Shown: piece by piece, positions 1 through 8,989 of the stretch
Layout of the letters: each line of letters begins with the position of its first letter
Position numbering within the stretch: the stretch's first letter is position 1
Assembly (NCBI GenBank): GCA_030426945.1
Contig: JAUHXL010000003.1
Coordinates: 1-49,068 of the forward strand
Direction: 5' to 3'
Length of the DNA stretch: 49,068 bases
DNA from: a bacterium
Lineage (GTDB): Bacteria > Myxococcota_A > Bradymonadia > UBA7976 > UBA1532
Program-made: the position numbers and the translations under genes
The notes under the pieces: generated by a model
Told to the model about the DNA's origin: nothing
The model's database searches: none
What the model saw: the letters and a program-made list of their open reading frames with translations, nothing else

Positions 1-2
1 TG

Positions 3-974
3 CTCGACGGGCTGCTCTACCTCGAGGGGCTGTCGCGCCTGCGGCTGCGCGAGGACGAGCGGGCGCTGGCGCTCTTCCGCCGGGTGAGCAGCGAGGACTT
101 CCCGCAGCCCGACGGCTCGGCGGCCCCGGCGGGCAGCCGCGACGACGCGCGCTATGCGCTGGCCCGCTTGTACGAAGCCAAGGGTGATCTGGACGCCGCG
201 CGCGCCGCCTACGAGGCCGCCGCGTCGACCCACGAGGAGGCCGCCGCGGCGGCCGCCGCCCTGAAGGCCGTGACGCTGAAGGCCGAGCCCTTCGTGCAGG
301 TGGCCGACGACGCGCCGCTGAAGCTGCCGGTGACCCTGGCCAACGTCGACACCGTGCACCTGCGCGCCTATCGGCTGGACCTGCGCACGGTCTTCCTGCG
401 CGACGGGGGCCTCGAGCGGGTGCTGGCGGTGAACGTCTCCGGCGTCAGCCCCACCTGGTCGGGCGCGGTACGGGTGGACGCCGATCCCTTCCCGCGGGCG
501 CGCCCCCTCGCGCTGCCCCTCGAGCAGCGCGGGGCGTACCTGGTGCAGCTCGACGCGGGCGGCGTCACGGCGGTCGCTCTGGCGGTGCGCAGCGATCTGG
601 CCCTCAACGTGGCCGACGACGGCGCCGCGCTGCGCGTGACCGTGCGCGTCGACGGGCGGCGCGCCGCCGGCGTCGCGCTGCGCGGCGTCGGCTCGGGCGA
701 GGTCGAGGTGGCGACCACCGACGTGCGCGGCGTCGCCCGCCTCGCCGGCCCGAAGGTGCTGGCCTACACCGAGGCGGGCGACGTGGCCTTCAGCCCGCCC
801 CTGCGGGTCGAAGTCGAGCCGGCCCGGCCGTCGCGCCGCCGCCCGGCGCGCCCACGCAAGCAGAAGAGCAACGTCGAGCAGCGCCTCGAGGAGCAGATGC
901 AGCGCAACCAGAACCTGTACGAGCAGCGGTTCCAGTTCGGCAACGACGCGGGCATCGAGGCCGAGCTGCTGTGA
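3..974 (+). CDS. C-terminal part (5'-truncated) of a large TPR-containing protein with a macroglobulin (MG)-like beta domain
   Basis: The frame is open from position 3 (LDGLLYLEGLSRLRL...). TPR-like helices (ARYALARLYEAKGDLDAARAAYE) are followed by a beta-rich region (YRLDL...GAYLV...TTDVRGVA) resembling alpha-2-macroglobulin MG domains. Confidence 0.6.
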   Translation, partial: LDGLLYLEGLSRLRLREDERALALFRRVSSEDFPQPDGSAAPAGSRDDARYALARLYEAKGDLDAARAAYEAAASTHEEAAAAAAALKAVTLKAEPFVQVADDAPLKLPVTLANVDTVHLRAYRLDLRTVFLRDGGLERVLAVNVSGVSPTWSGAVRVDADPFPRARPLALPLEQRGAYLVQLDAGGVTAVALAVRSDLALNVADDGAALRVTVRVDGRRAAGVALRGVGSGEVEVATTDVRGVARLAGPKVLAYTEAGDVAFSPPLRVEVEPARPSRRRPARPRKQKSNVEQRLEEQMQRNQNLYEQRFQFGNDAGIEAELL

Positions 975-992
975 CGCCCACTCCCGGGCGCG

Positions 993-1736
993 TCACACGC
1001 GAGGCAGGCGGCTCTGCCGGGCGCGCATGCGCATGTTCAGCACCTCGACCGCCAGCGAGAAGCCCATCGCGCTGTAGATGTAGCCCTTGTTCACGTGCCC
1101 GCCGGTGCCCTCGATGATCAGCATCACGCCGATCAGCACCAGGAAGGCCAGCGCCAGCACCCGGATGCTCGCGTTCTGCTGCACGAAGTCGCCGATGGGC
1201 CCGGCGAACACCATCATCACGCCCACCGCGATCAGCACCGCGACCACCATCACGGGGACGTGATCGGCCATGCCCACCGCGGTGATCACCGAGTCGAGCG
1301 AGAAGACGATGTCCAGCAACATGATCTGGGTGATGATCGCGCCGAAGCCGCGCACCTTCGCGCCCTCCGGCGTGACGGTGACCTCGTCGGGTTGGACGCC
1401 GGGGTGGTTGACGTTCTCGTGGATCTCGGTGGTGGCCTTGTAGATCAGGAACAGTCCGCCGATGGCGAGGATGAGATCCTTGCCGCTCCACGGCTTCACC
1501 AGCTCGAAGAGGGGCTCGGTGAGGCGCATCACCCAGCTGATCGACAGCAGCAGCAGGATGCGCGTGCCCAGGGCGGCCGCGAGGCCCAGCCGGCGCGCGT
1601 TCAGCTGCTGCTCGGCGGGCAGCTTGCCGCACAGGATCGTGATGAACACGATGTTGTCGATGCCGAGCACGATCTCCATCGCGGTCAGCACCAGAAGCGA
1701 GATCCACGCCTGGGGGTCGGTCAGCAGTTCCATCAT
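993..1736 (-). CDS. terC: TerC family integral membrane protein
   Basis: Signature motifs EIVLGIDN and DIVFSLDSVITAVG, with about 7 hydrophobic helices. Confidence 0.93.
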   Translation of the reverse strand: MMELLTDPQAWISLLVLTAMEIVLGIDNIVFITILCGKLPAEQQLNARRLGLAAALGTRILLLLSISWVMRLTEPLFELVKPWSGKDLILAIGGLFLIYKATTEIHENVNHPGVQPDEVTVTPEGAKVRGFGAIITQIMLLDIVFSLDSVITAVGMADHVPVMVVAVLIAVGVMMVFAGPIGDFVQQNASIRVLALAFLVLIGVMLIIEGTGGHVNKGYIYSAMGFSLAVEVLNMRMRARQSRLPRV

Positions 1737-1760
1737 CTCGGGGGTCCTCGGCGGAGCGGC

Positions 1761-2114
1761 TCAGGGGGCGAAGGCGTCCACGATGCGCGGGCGCAGGTCG
1801 GCGTCGATGGCGGCGTCGGGCGGCGCGGCGTCGTCGGCGCGCAGCGCCTCGGCGAGGGCCGCCTCGAGCAGCGCGGGCGCGGGCTCGGCGTCGACGCTGC
1901 ACAGCAGGAAGCCGCGCACGGACTGGCGGAAGGGGAGGGCCTCGGGGCAGTCCTCGGGCCGCTGATCCGGGTACACGCAGAAGGCCGCGTTCTGCACCAG
2001 CGCGCGCACGCCGGGCGCGCAGTCGATGGCGGCGGTGTCGGACAGGTCCGAGCGGGTGCAGCCCCCGGCGGCGCACGCGGCGGCGATGGCGATGGCGATC
2101 CGCGTCGTGGCCAC
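1761..2114 (-). CDS. Small Cys-containing lipoprotein (hypothetical)
   Basis: GTG at 2114 is preceded by GGAGGG. Signal peptide and lipobox (AAGGC), four further Cys, and a DAA-rich tail. Confidence 0.6.
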   Translation of the reverse strand: MATTRIAIAIAAACAAGGCTRSDLSDTAAIDCAPGVRALVQNAAFCVYPDQRPEDCPEALPFRQSVRGFLLCSVDAEPAPALLEAALAEALRADDAAPPDAAIDADLRPRIVDAFAP

Positions 2115-2172
2115 GGTCCCTCCCGGTCGGTGCCGCATCATCGCCGCGCCCCGCCGCGCGCGCAACCGCCCA

Positions 2173-3006
2173 TCAGGGACGCTCGGCGGCCGGCGGCGCC
2201 ACCTCGATCGGCGTCAGATCCACGCCCGCCTGCCGCAGCGAAGCGGCCAGCGGCAGGGCCCGGGCGGCGCCGCCCACCTCGAGCGCGTCGTCGATGGCCG
2301 CGCCGATCGCCGCCTTGGCCGCCTCGACCGCGATCAGCACCGCGTCGCCCGCCGCGCGCCGCGCCGTCAGGTGCCCCGCGAAGGCGGCGCCGGCCCCGAC
2401 CAGCCCGATCCGCCGGCGGCGGTCGGCCCCGAACTCGGTGAAGTCGCGCCCGTCGTAGGCCAGGTCGACCGCGTGCCCCTCCAGCGCGCCGCCGGTGAGC
2501 ACCACCCAGGTGACGCCCGCGTCGAACAGGCGCTTGCCGGCCTCGCGCATGCCCGCGAGATCCTCGACCGGGCGCCCGACGAAGCGCCCCGCCTCGTGGG
2601 CGTCGACCACCAGCACCTCGGCGTGGGGCAGCCAGGCGTCGCGCACCGCGTCGAACACCGCGCGGTCGTGCCGCGGCTCGCCGTGGGCGTCGCACAGATC
2701 GGGATCGACGATCCACGGGCCGCGCGCGCTCAGCGGCTCGGCCACCGCCCAGGCGAGGCGCGCGGCGCCCGGATCGCCCAAGAGCACCGCGTCCACCGGC
2801 GCGTCGGCCAGGGCCCGGCGCAGGGCGTCGAGCACCAGGCGCTCGGGCAGCGCGGTGAGATCCCGCACCGCGGACGCGACGGGGGCGCCCTGCGCGCCGC
2901 CCGCCGTCAGGCCGGCCAGCGCGGCGGTCAGGCCCTCGTGGCCGCGGGGGTCGAGGGCGCCCAGCACGGGGACGCAGGCAGCTCGGCGCGTGGTGGTCGG
3001 CAGCAC
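2173..3006 (-). CDS. ThiD-like hydroxymethylpyrimidine/phosphomethylpyrimidine kinase family protein (divergent)
   Basis: Ribokinase-fold ThiD pattern: LGALDPRG..G, WIVDP, EAGRFVG, VVLTGG..GHAVD, GAGAAFA...AVEAAK. GTG start at 3006 follows GAGG. Confidence 0.75.
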   Translation of the reverse strand: MLPTTTRRAACVPVLGALDPRGHEGLTAALAGLTAGGAQGAPVASAVRDLTALPERLVLDALRRALADAPVDAVLLGDPGAARLAWAVAEPLSARGPWIVDPDLCDAHGEPRHDRAVFDAVRDAWLPHAEVLVVDAHEAGRFVGRPVEDLAGMREAGKRLFDAGVTWVVLTGGALEGHAVDLAYDGRDFTEFGADRRRRIGLVGAGAAFAGHLTARRAAGDAVLIAVEAAKAAIGAAIDDALEVGGAARALPLAASLRQAGVDLTPIEVAPPAAERP

Positions 3007-3038
3007 GGGACACCTCGGTGAAGCGGCGACGGGGCTTA

Positions 3039-3749
3039 CTACCGGACCACGCCCGGAGCCGTCCACGGATCACGGTCGCGGTCGGCGTCGTCGTCCCGGC
3101 CCCGCAGCGTGAAGTCGAAGACGACGCGCAGGGCGCCGATGACCGTCCACTCGGTCACGCCCTCGAGGTGCACCGCCTCGACGCCGAGGCGCGCGACGAC
3201 CTCGGCGAAGAGGAAGGGATCGAGGTGGTACAGCAGGCCGGGGCCGGTCTCGAGGCCCGCCGCCCAGCGCAGTCCGCTCGCGTCGTCGGCCACCACGCCG
3301 CCCTCGGGATCGACCGGGCGGTCCTGCAGCACCACCGGGCCGATCTCGGTGAACAGGCCCAGGGTCAGGTGGAAGAAGTCGTGGCTGATGAAGCGGCGGC
3401 GCGCGGCCAGCCCGAAGTCGACGCGGGTGAGGCGCTGGCCGTCGCCCTCGGCGCCGGGCAGGCTGAAGGCCGCGACGACGTAGCCGCCGAGACCCAGGCG
3501 GCCGTGCCCGTCCACGTAGTGCAGATAGCCGACGCCGCCCTTCAGCAGCTCGGTCGGCAGGACCAGGCCTTCGCCCCCGAGCACCCCGGGGAAGCGCCCC
3601 TCGACGCCCAGCTCGATGGTGACCGCGCCCCACAGCGCGGGCACCCACAGCAGCGTCGCTGCGCGATCCACACGGGCCGCGTCCACCTGGCACCGGGCCG
3701 ACCAGGGCAGGGCGAGGCAGACGATCATGAGGAGGAGGGCGCGCAGCAT
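3039..3749 (-). CDS. Secreted, probable outer-membrane beta-barrel hypothetical protein
   Basis: Signal peptide MLRALLLMIVCLALPWSARC, followed by amphipathic beta-strand pattern ending ...LRVVFDF. Confidence 0.6.
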   Translation of the reverse strand: MLRALLLMIVCLALPWSARCQVDAARVDRAATLLWVPALWGAVTIELGVEGRFPGVLGGEGLVLPTELLKGGVGYLHYVDGHGRLGLGGYVVAAFSLPGAEGDGQRLTRVDFGLAARRRFISHDFFHLTLGLFTEIGPVVLQDRPVDPEGGVVADDASGLRWAAGLETGPGLLYHLDPFLFAEVVARLGVEAVHLEGVTEWTVIGALRVVFDFTLRGRDDDADRDRDPWTAPGVVR

Positions 3750-3811
3750 GGCCGATTTCGAGCGACCCTCCCGCACTCCCCGGGTGAAATCAAGCCGCCG
3801 CGTCCCAGGCG

Positions 3812-3840
3812 TTGACCTGTGCCCCGCGATGGCCTAGCGT
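3812..3840 (+). promoter_or_regulatory. Putative sigma70-type promoter
   Basis: TTGACC (3812-3817), 17 nt, TAGCGT (3835-3840), upstream of the lipoprotein gene at 3946. Confidence 0.45.
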
Positions 3841-3945
3841 GCCGCGCGATGTGGCCGCAGTGGTCTCTCGGGACCGAGATTGGGTCGCGCCGACAGGGGG
3901 TCGGCCGGCGCTTCGCGGCACGTTCATGGCTCGAGGAGAGTGTTC

Positions 3946-4731
3946 ATGCGTCGGATTCTGATGCTGATGGCGGTGCTTCTGTCGAGTGGCGCGCTCGTGG
4001 CGTGCGGCGGATCGCAGAAGAAGGGGGGCGGGGCGGGCAGCGATGATCGGTCGGCCTACGACAAGCTGCAGATGCTGCCCGAGGAGCTCGACGCCGAGCT
4101 CGCGTCGGTCACCAAGCCCATCGACGACGTCGACACGATGATCGAGCAGATGGCGGCGATGCCCGAGAAGGCGAAGATGTCGAAGGAGGACTTCGGCAAG
4201 CTGATCGCGGACACCCTGCAGGGCAAGCCCTTCCAGGCGCCGGCCAACGTGGACGCCAAGGCGGCCGCCGAGCTCGAGACCTTCCTGACCAACCTCAAGG
4301 GCTTCAAGGAGTCGCTGTTCTCGGCCCCCGAGAACGCCGGCGCTCTCGCCACCAAGGCCGGTGAGACCCTGGTCAAGCTGCCCGCGCTGACCACGCAGGT
4401 GGCCGCCGAGTCGGCCGCGGTGAAGGCCAACCCCTTCGCCTCGAAGGACGACAAGGCCAAGGCCGCGCAGCAGGAGGCCAAGGCCAAGGACGCCGAGCAG
4501 AAGGCGCAGGCCAAGGTGCAGGAGGTCCAGCAGAAGGTCGGCGGCCTGCCCGCCCGCGCCACCACCGCCATCGGCAAGTTCACCGCCGCCCTCGGCGACC
4601 TGGGCGTGACCGAGGCGGCCCTCGGCGCCGTCAGCGACAAGGCCAACGAGACCACGCAGGCCGTCGAGGACGTCAAGAAGACGGCCGAGGACTCGGTCAA
4701 GGGCGCCGCGGACACCGCGACCCAGCAGTAA
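3946..4731 (+). CDS. Alpha-helical/coiled-coil lipoprotein
   Basis: RBS GAGGAG, signal peptide with lipobox LVAC, Lys/Ala/Glu-rich helical body, strong codon bias. Confidence 0.85.
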   Translation: MRRILMLMAVLLSSGALVACGGSQKKGGGAGSDDRSAYDKLQMLPEELDAELASVTKPIDDVDTMIEQMAAMPEKAKMSKEDFGKLIADTLQGKPFQAPANVDAKAAAELETFLTNLKGFKESLFSAPENAGALATKAGETLVKLPALTTQVAAESAAVKANPFASKDDKAKAAQQEAKAKDAEQKAQAKVQEVQQKVGGLPARATTAIGKFTAALGDLGVTEAALGAVSDKANETTQAVEDVKKTAEDSVKGAADTATQQ

Positions 4732-4825
4732 CACGCCTCACCGCACCGCGGGCCAGCCGCCGCGCCGCACCAGGGTCACCTCCGCGGTTCTCTCGGCGGC
4801 CCGGCCACTGTACAGTGCCGCGCTG

Positions 4826-7729
4826 ATGCGCGCCCCGCTCTCCCTCCTGGCTCTGCTGTTGTCGTCGGCCCTGGCCTCACCGACCCGGGCCGCCGACGAA
4901 CCCCCCGATCCCTTCGTGCTGACCCTCAGCGGGGGCGTCAGCCTGGGCACGTACCAGGCGGGCCAGACCTGGGCCGTGCTGGCCTATCTGCGCGCCGCCC
5001 GCGCGGGGGGGCTGCCCGGCGGGGCGCCCCTGGCCGATCTGCGGCCGGCCCTCAGCGGCGTGACCGGCGCCTCCGCGGGCGGCATCAACGCCCTCGCCGC
5101 CGCGGTGACCTGGTGCCTCGAGGATGTCGAGGCCGTGGACGACAACCTGCTGCGCTCGTTGTGGATCGACGTCGGCCTCGACCTGATGCTGCCCGCGGAC
5201 GCCGACGGCTACCTGGCCGAAGACGGCCTGCTGTCGCGCACCGCGCTGCAGCTGCCGGTCGAGCGCCTGCGCGCGGCCGTCGAGGGGCGGCGCTTTCGCC
5301 CCGGCTGCGCGCTGCCCGTCGCCCTCACCGTCACGCGGGCGACGCCGGCGCGGGTGCGCGCCGCCGGGCTCAACGTGCCCGGCCAGCGCGCCGTGGTGCC
5401 CTTGCGGCTGACCGTCGATCCGGCGGGGCGGCCGCGGGTCGGCGCGCAGCACCTGCCCTCGTCGGCCCCGCGCGTGGGGGAGCTGCTGTACCTCACCGAG
5501 CAGGCCGGCGAGGTCCCGATGGATCGCGTGGTGCGCGCGCTGCAAGCGTCGAGCGCCGTGCCGGTGGTGTTCTCGCCGATGCCCCTCGAGTACTGCGCGG
5601 CGACGTGCCCGGTGCGCGTCGAGCCGCCGGCCACCGGCGCCTGCGACCACCTGCCCGATCGCCCGGTCGCCTGCCGGGGCAACTTCGTCGACGGGGGCAT
5701 CTTCGACAACGTGCCGCTCGGCCTCGCCCGCGTCCTGGCCGAGGCCGGGCTCGAGCCGGTGGCGACGCACGAGCGCCCGATCACCTACATCTACGTCGAG
5801 CCCGCCAACCGGCGCCGCCGCCCGCGGGCCGAGCGCCCCCTCGCCGATCCGCCCGGCACCCAGCGCGCCGTCCCCGATCACGTGCGGCTCGGCCGCGATC
5901 TCGTCCTCTCGGCGGGGCGCTCGGTCCTGCTCGAGACGGTGCGCGGCAACCGCTGGAACCGCGACGTCGCCGATCTGGCCTGGGCCACCGCCGACGTGCT
6001 CGATCCCGAGCCGCCGGTCCACGGCGCCACCCGGCGGGTCCGCGCCACGGCCCTGCCCCAGTGCCTCGGGGTGGCGGTGGCGCGCCCCCGCGCCCAGCCC
6101 TGCGCCGAGGCGCTGGGCGTCGGCGCGGCCAGCCCGCCGCCGCCGCCCGATCCCGCCGCCCTCGCGGATCTGGCCGCCGCCCTGCGCGCGATGGCGCAGG
6201 CCCCGCCCCCCGACGCCGTCCTGCGCGCGCGCCTGCGGGCCGAGGGGTCGGATCCCGCGCTCGCGATGGGCGGCTTCCGGCGCCTCACCGCGCGCGGCCT
6301 GCGTCTGCTGGCGGTCGATCTCACGCGCGCCCGGGCCGGCGCGGGGGCCGACGACGCGCGCGTCGCCCGGGCCCTGTCCGACACCCTCATCGCCGTGCAG
6401 GACGCCCTCGTCTGGCCCGGCATGTTGGCCACCGACCCGGCCGTGGCGCGCCGCGTCGCGCAGCTGGCCGCCGACGCGGCCGCCCTCGAGGTCGAGCGGA
6501 CCCGCGACGGCGAGGGCCGCGCCGGTCGCCGGGTCCGACTCACCACGCGGCTCGCGCCGGTGGTCGGGGACGCCCTGTTCAACTTCGCCGCCTTCCTCGA
6601 TCGCCCCCTGCGCCGCTTCGACTACGCCGCGGGGGTGTACGACGGCGCCCAGTTCGTGGCCGAGTACGCCTGCCTGCACGCGGATCCCTACGCGGCGGCG
6701 CCGCCCGCGCGGGACGGCGAGGCGCCGCTGGACGCGCTCGATCCCGGCGACGCGCGCACCGCCCGCTGCGTCGGCGCGCGCACCGGCGAGGTGCTGCGGC
6801 GCCTCGGCGCGCTGGACGATCCCTACGTCGGCCGCGTCGTGCGGGCCCTGGGGCGGTGGGAGGGCGGGGACGCCGACGGCTGGGCCTGGACGGCCGGCGC
6901 GCCCGCCCGCGAGCCGCCCCCGACCGACGCCGAGGCCCTTAAGGTGCTGGCCGCGATGGTGCCCGGCCTCGATCCCTGCACGCCGGTCGACGCGATGGCC
7001 GAGGGCGAGCTCGACTTCGAGCAGCTGGTCCGCCGCCTGCGCTGCCTCGGCTATGACCCGCAGAGCCGCGCGATGGCGCGGGCCTACGCCGATCCCGCCG
7101 GGTGGTGGAATCAGCCGATCATCCGCCTGCTCGAGCGGGCCCTGCGGCTCGAGCGGATCGAGCGCGACGCCGCGGCGCCCGACACCGGGCGTCGGGCCGC
7201 GCTCGAGGACTCGGTCACCGGCATCGAGGCCGCCAACTACGCGGTGCGCCGCTACATCGACGCCCCGGCCACCTGGGGCTTCGGCACCACCAGCGCGCCC
7301 ACGGCCACCGTCCTGACGGCCCTGGTGCCCTACGGCCTCGACTTCGACATCAGCCGCGGCGGCGTGGGCGCCCGCTACGAGGCGTGGTGGCGCCCGGTGC
7401 GCCCCTTCTCGCTGCGCCTGCTCGCGACGCCCTACCGCTTCCGCCGGGAGGACTCGTGGACCGGGCTCACCCTGGCCGGCGCGGGCCACCTGCGCTCGCC
7501 GGCCCTGCGCACGTTCGGCGTCGGCCCCGCCGTCTTCCGCAACTGGGATCGCGGCGACGACGCCGCCTGGAGCTGGGGCGTCGAGGGCTACCTCGGCGTC
7601 ATCGTGGGCATCCTGCGGGTGGGCGGCGGCTACCGACACCTGCCCGAGGACAGCGGGGGCGACACCTTCTTCCTCAACCTGGGCGTCTCGGACTTCAACG
7701 CGCTCACCCGCCTGGTGCTGCTGCTGTGA
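4826..7729 (+). CDS. Secreted patatin-like phospholipase with C-terminal beta-rich domain
   Basis: Signal peptide, oxyanion loop SGGVSLG, nucleophile GASAG and catalytic DGG. Confidence 0.88.
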   Translation: MRAPLSLLALLLSSALASPTRAADEPPDPFVLTLSGGVSLGTYQAGQTWAVLAYLRAARAGGLPGGAPLADLRPALSGVTGASAGGINALAAAVTWCLEDVEAVDDNLLRSLWIDVGLDLMLPADADGYLAEDGLLSRTALQLPVERLRAAVEGRRFRPGCALPVALTVTRATPARVRAAGLNVPGQRAVVPLRLTVDPAGRPRVGAQHLPSSAPRVGELLYLTEQAGEVPMDRVVRALQASSAVPVVFSPMPLEYCAATCPVRVEPPATGACDHLPDRPVACRGNFVDGGIFDNVPLGLARVLAEAGLEPVATHERPITYIYVEPANRRRRPRAERPLADPPGTQRAVPDHVRLGRDLVLSAGRSVLLETVRGNRWNRDVADLAWATADVLDPEPPVHGATRRVRATALPQCLGVAVARPRAQPCAEALGVGAASPPPPPDPAALADLAAALRAMAQAPPPDAVLRARLRAEGSDPALAMGGFRRLTARGLRLLAVDLTRARAGAGADDARVARALSDTLIAVQDALVWPGMLATDPAVARRVAQLAADAAALEVERTRDGEGRAGRRVRLTTRLAPVVGDALFNFAAFLDRPLRRFDYAAGVYDGAQFVAEYACLHADPYAAAPPARDGEAPLDALDPGDARTARCVGARTGEVLRRLGALDDPYVGRVVRALGRWEGGDADGWAWTAGAPAREPPPTDAEALKVLAAMVPGLDPCTPVDAMAEGELDFEQLVRRLRCLGYDPQSRAMARAYADPAGWWNQPIIRLLERALRLERIERDAAAPDTGRRAALEDSVTGIEAANYAVRRYIDAPATWGFGTTSAPTATVLTALVPYGLDFDISRGGVGARYEAWWRPVRPFSLRLLATPYRFRREDSWTGLTLAGAGHLRSPALRTFGVGPAVFRNWDRGDDAAWSWGVEGYLGVIVGILRVGGGYRHLPEDSGGDTFFLNLGVSDFNALTRLVLLL

Positions 7730-7782
7730 CCGGCGCGGGCGGCTTTACATCGCGCCCGGATTCACGCAGTTTCGGTTGGCTC

Positions 7783-8988
7783 ATGCGAGACACCTGCCCC
7801 ACATTCGCGCTGCTGACCTTGGCGCTGCTGTCCTCGCCCGCCGCCGCCGTCACGGTGCCCCCCGCCGGGGCGCGGCCGGTGCTGACCGACGCGGCCTTCG
7901 AGGGGCCGGACGCGACGCGCAAGCGCGTGCCCATCCAGCTCGAGCTCGTCGCCGGCGACGTGCCGCAGCCCACCGACATCCAGCCCTGGCCCGGCCGCCC
8001 CGGCACCCTCATCGTGCTGGGCAAGCAGGGCACCGCGTGGTGGATCGAGCCGGCGACCGGCGAGGGCGGCGTCTGGCTGACCGTCGAGGTGCTCACCCGC
8101 TCGGAGCAGGGTCTGCTGGGCCTCGCGTTCCACCCCGACTTCGCGCGCAACGGCCGCTTCTTCCTGCACACCAGCGTCGAGTCGAAGGGCGAGAAGGTGG
8201 GGCGCGTGGCCGAGTGGTCGTCGAAGCCCGGCGCCGCCCCCGGCGACAGCGCGCCCAAGGCCGGGCGCACGGTGATCGAGGTCGAGCAGCCCTATGTCAA
8301 CCACGACGGCGGGCAGATCGCCTTCGGCGCCGACGGCAAGCTGTACGTGGCCTTCGGTGACGGCGGCGCGGCCAACGATCCGCACGGCCACGGGCAGGAT
8401 CGCGGCACGCTGCTCGGCAGCATCCTGCGCCTCGAGGTCGACGGCGACGCCCGCGTGCCCAAGGACAACCCCTTCGTCGGCCAGCCGGGCGTCCGCCCGG
8501 AGATCTGGGCCTACGGCCTGCGCAACCCGTGGCGCTTCCACCTGCTGCCCGACGGCCGCGCGATCATCGGCGACGTCGGGCAGAACCGCTGGGAGGAGAT
8601 CACGGTCGCGCGCGCCGGCGAGAACCACGGGTGGAACCGGCGCGAGGGCGATCACTGCTTCCCGCCGGGCAGCGCCTGCGAGACGAAGGGGCTGGTCGAT
8701 CCGATCCACGTGTACGGCCACGACGTGGGCAACTCGGTGACCGGCGGCTACCGCGTCTCGGGGGCGCAAGTGCCCGATCTCGAAGGGCTCTATGTCTTCG
8801 GCGACTATGGCAGCGGGCGCCTGTGGGCCTTCCCGCTGCCCGCGCCGGGCGCCGCGGTGAAGCCGGGCGACGTCCGGGCGCTGGGCCGCTGGCCCGTCGC
8901 GCCGAGCACCTTCGGCCTGGGCCACGACGGCGCCCTCTACGTCGGCGACTTCGGCGGGCGCGTCTTCCGCGTCCGCGCGGGGCGATGA
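7783..8988 (+). CDS. PQQ-dependent glucose/sorbosone (sugar) dehydrogenase family protein
   Basis: Signal peptide; motifs EQGLLGLAFHPDF, NHDGGQIAFGADGKLY, GDGG, YGLRNPWR and DVGQNRWEEI. Confidence 0.92.
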   Translation: MRDTCPTFALLTLALLSSPAAAVTVPPAGARPVLTDAAFEGPDATRKRVPIQLELVAGDVPQPTDIQPWPGRPGTLIVLGKQGTAWWIEPATGEGGVWLTVEVLTRSEQGLLGLAFHPDFARNGRFFLHTSVESKGEKVGRVAEWSSKPGAAPGDSAPKAGRTVIEVEQPYVNHDGGQIAFGADGKLYVAFGDGGAANDPHGHGQDRGTLLGSILRLEVDGDARVPKDNPFVGQPGVRPEIWAYGLRNPWRFHLLPDGRAIIGDVGQNRWEEITVARAGENHGWNRREGDHCFPPGSACETKGLVDPIHVYGHDVGNSVTGGYRVSGAQVPDLEGLYVFGDYGSGRLWAFPLPAPGAAVKPGDVRALGRWPVAPSTFGLGHDGALYVGDFGGRVFRVRAGR

Positions 8989-8989
8989 G

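Noticed and set aside
993-1736. terC as part of a ter operon with terY
   Set aside because: It lies about 19 kb away on the opposite strand with no terABDEZ genes. Stand-alone TerC genes are common.
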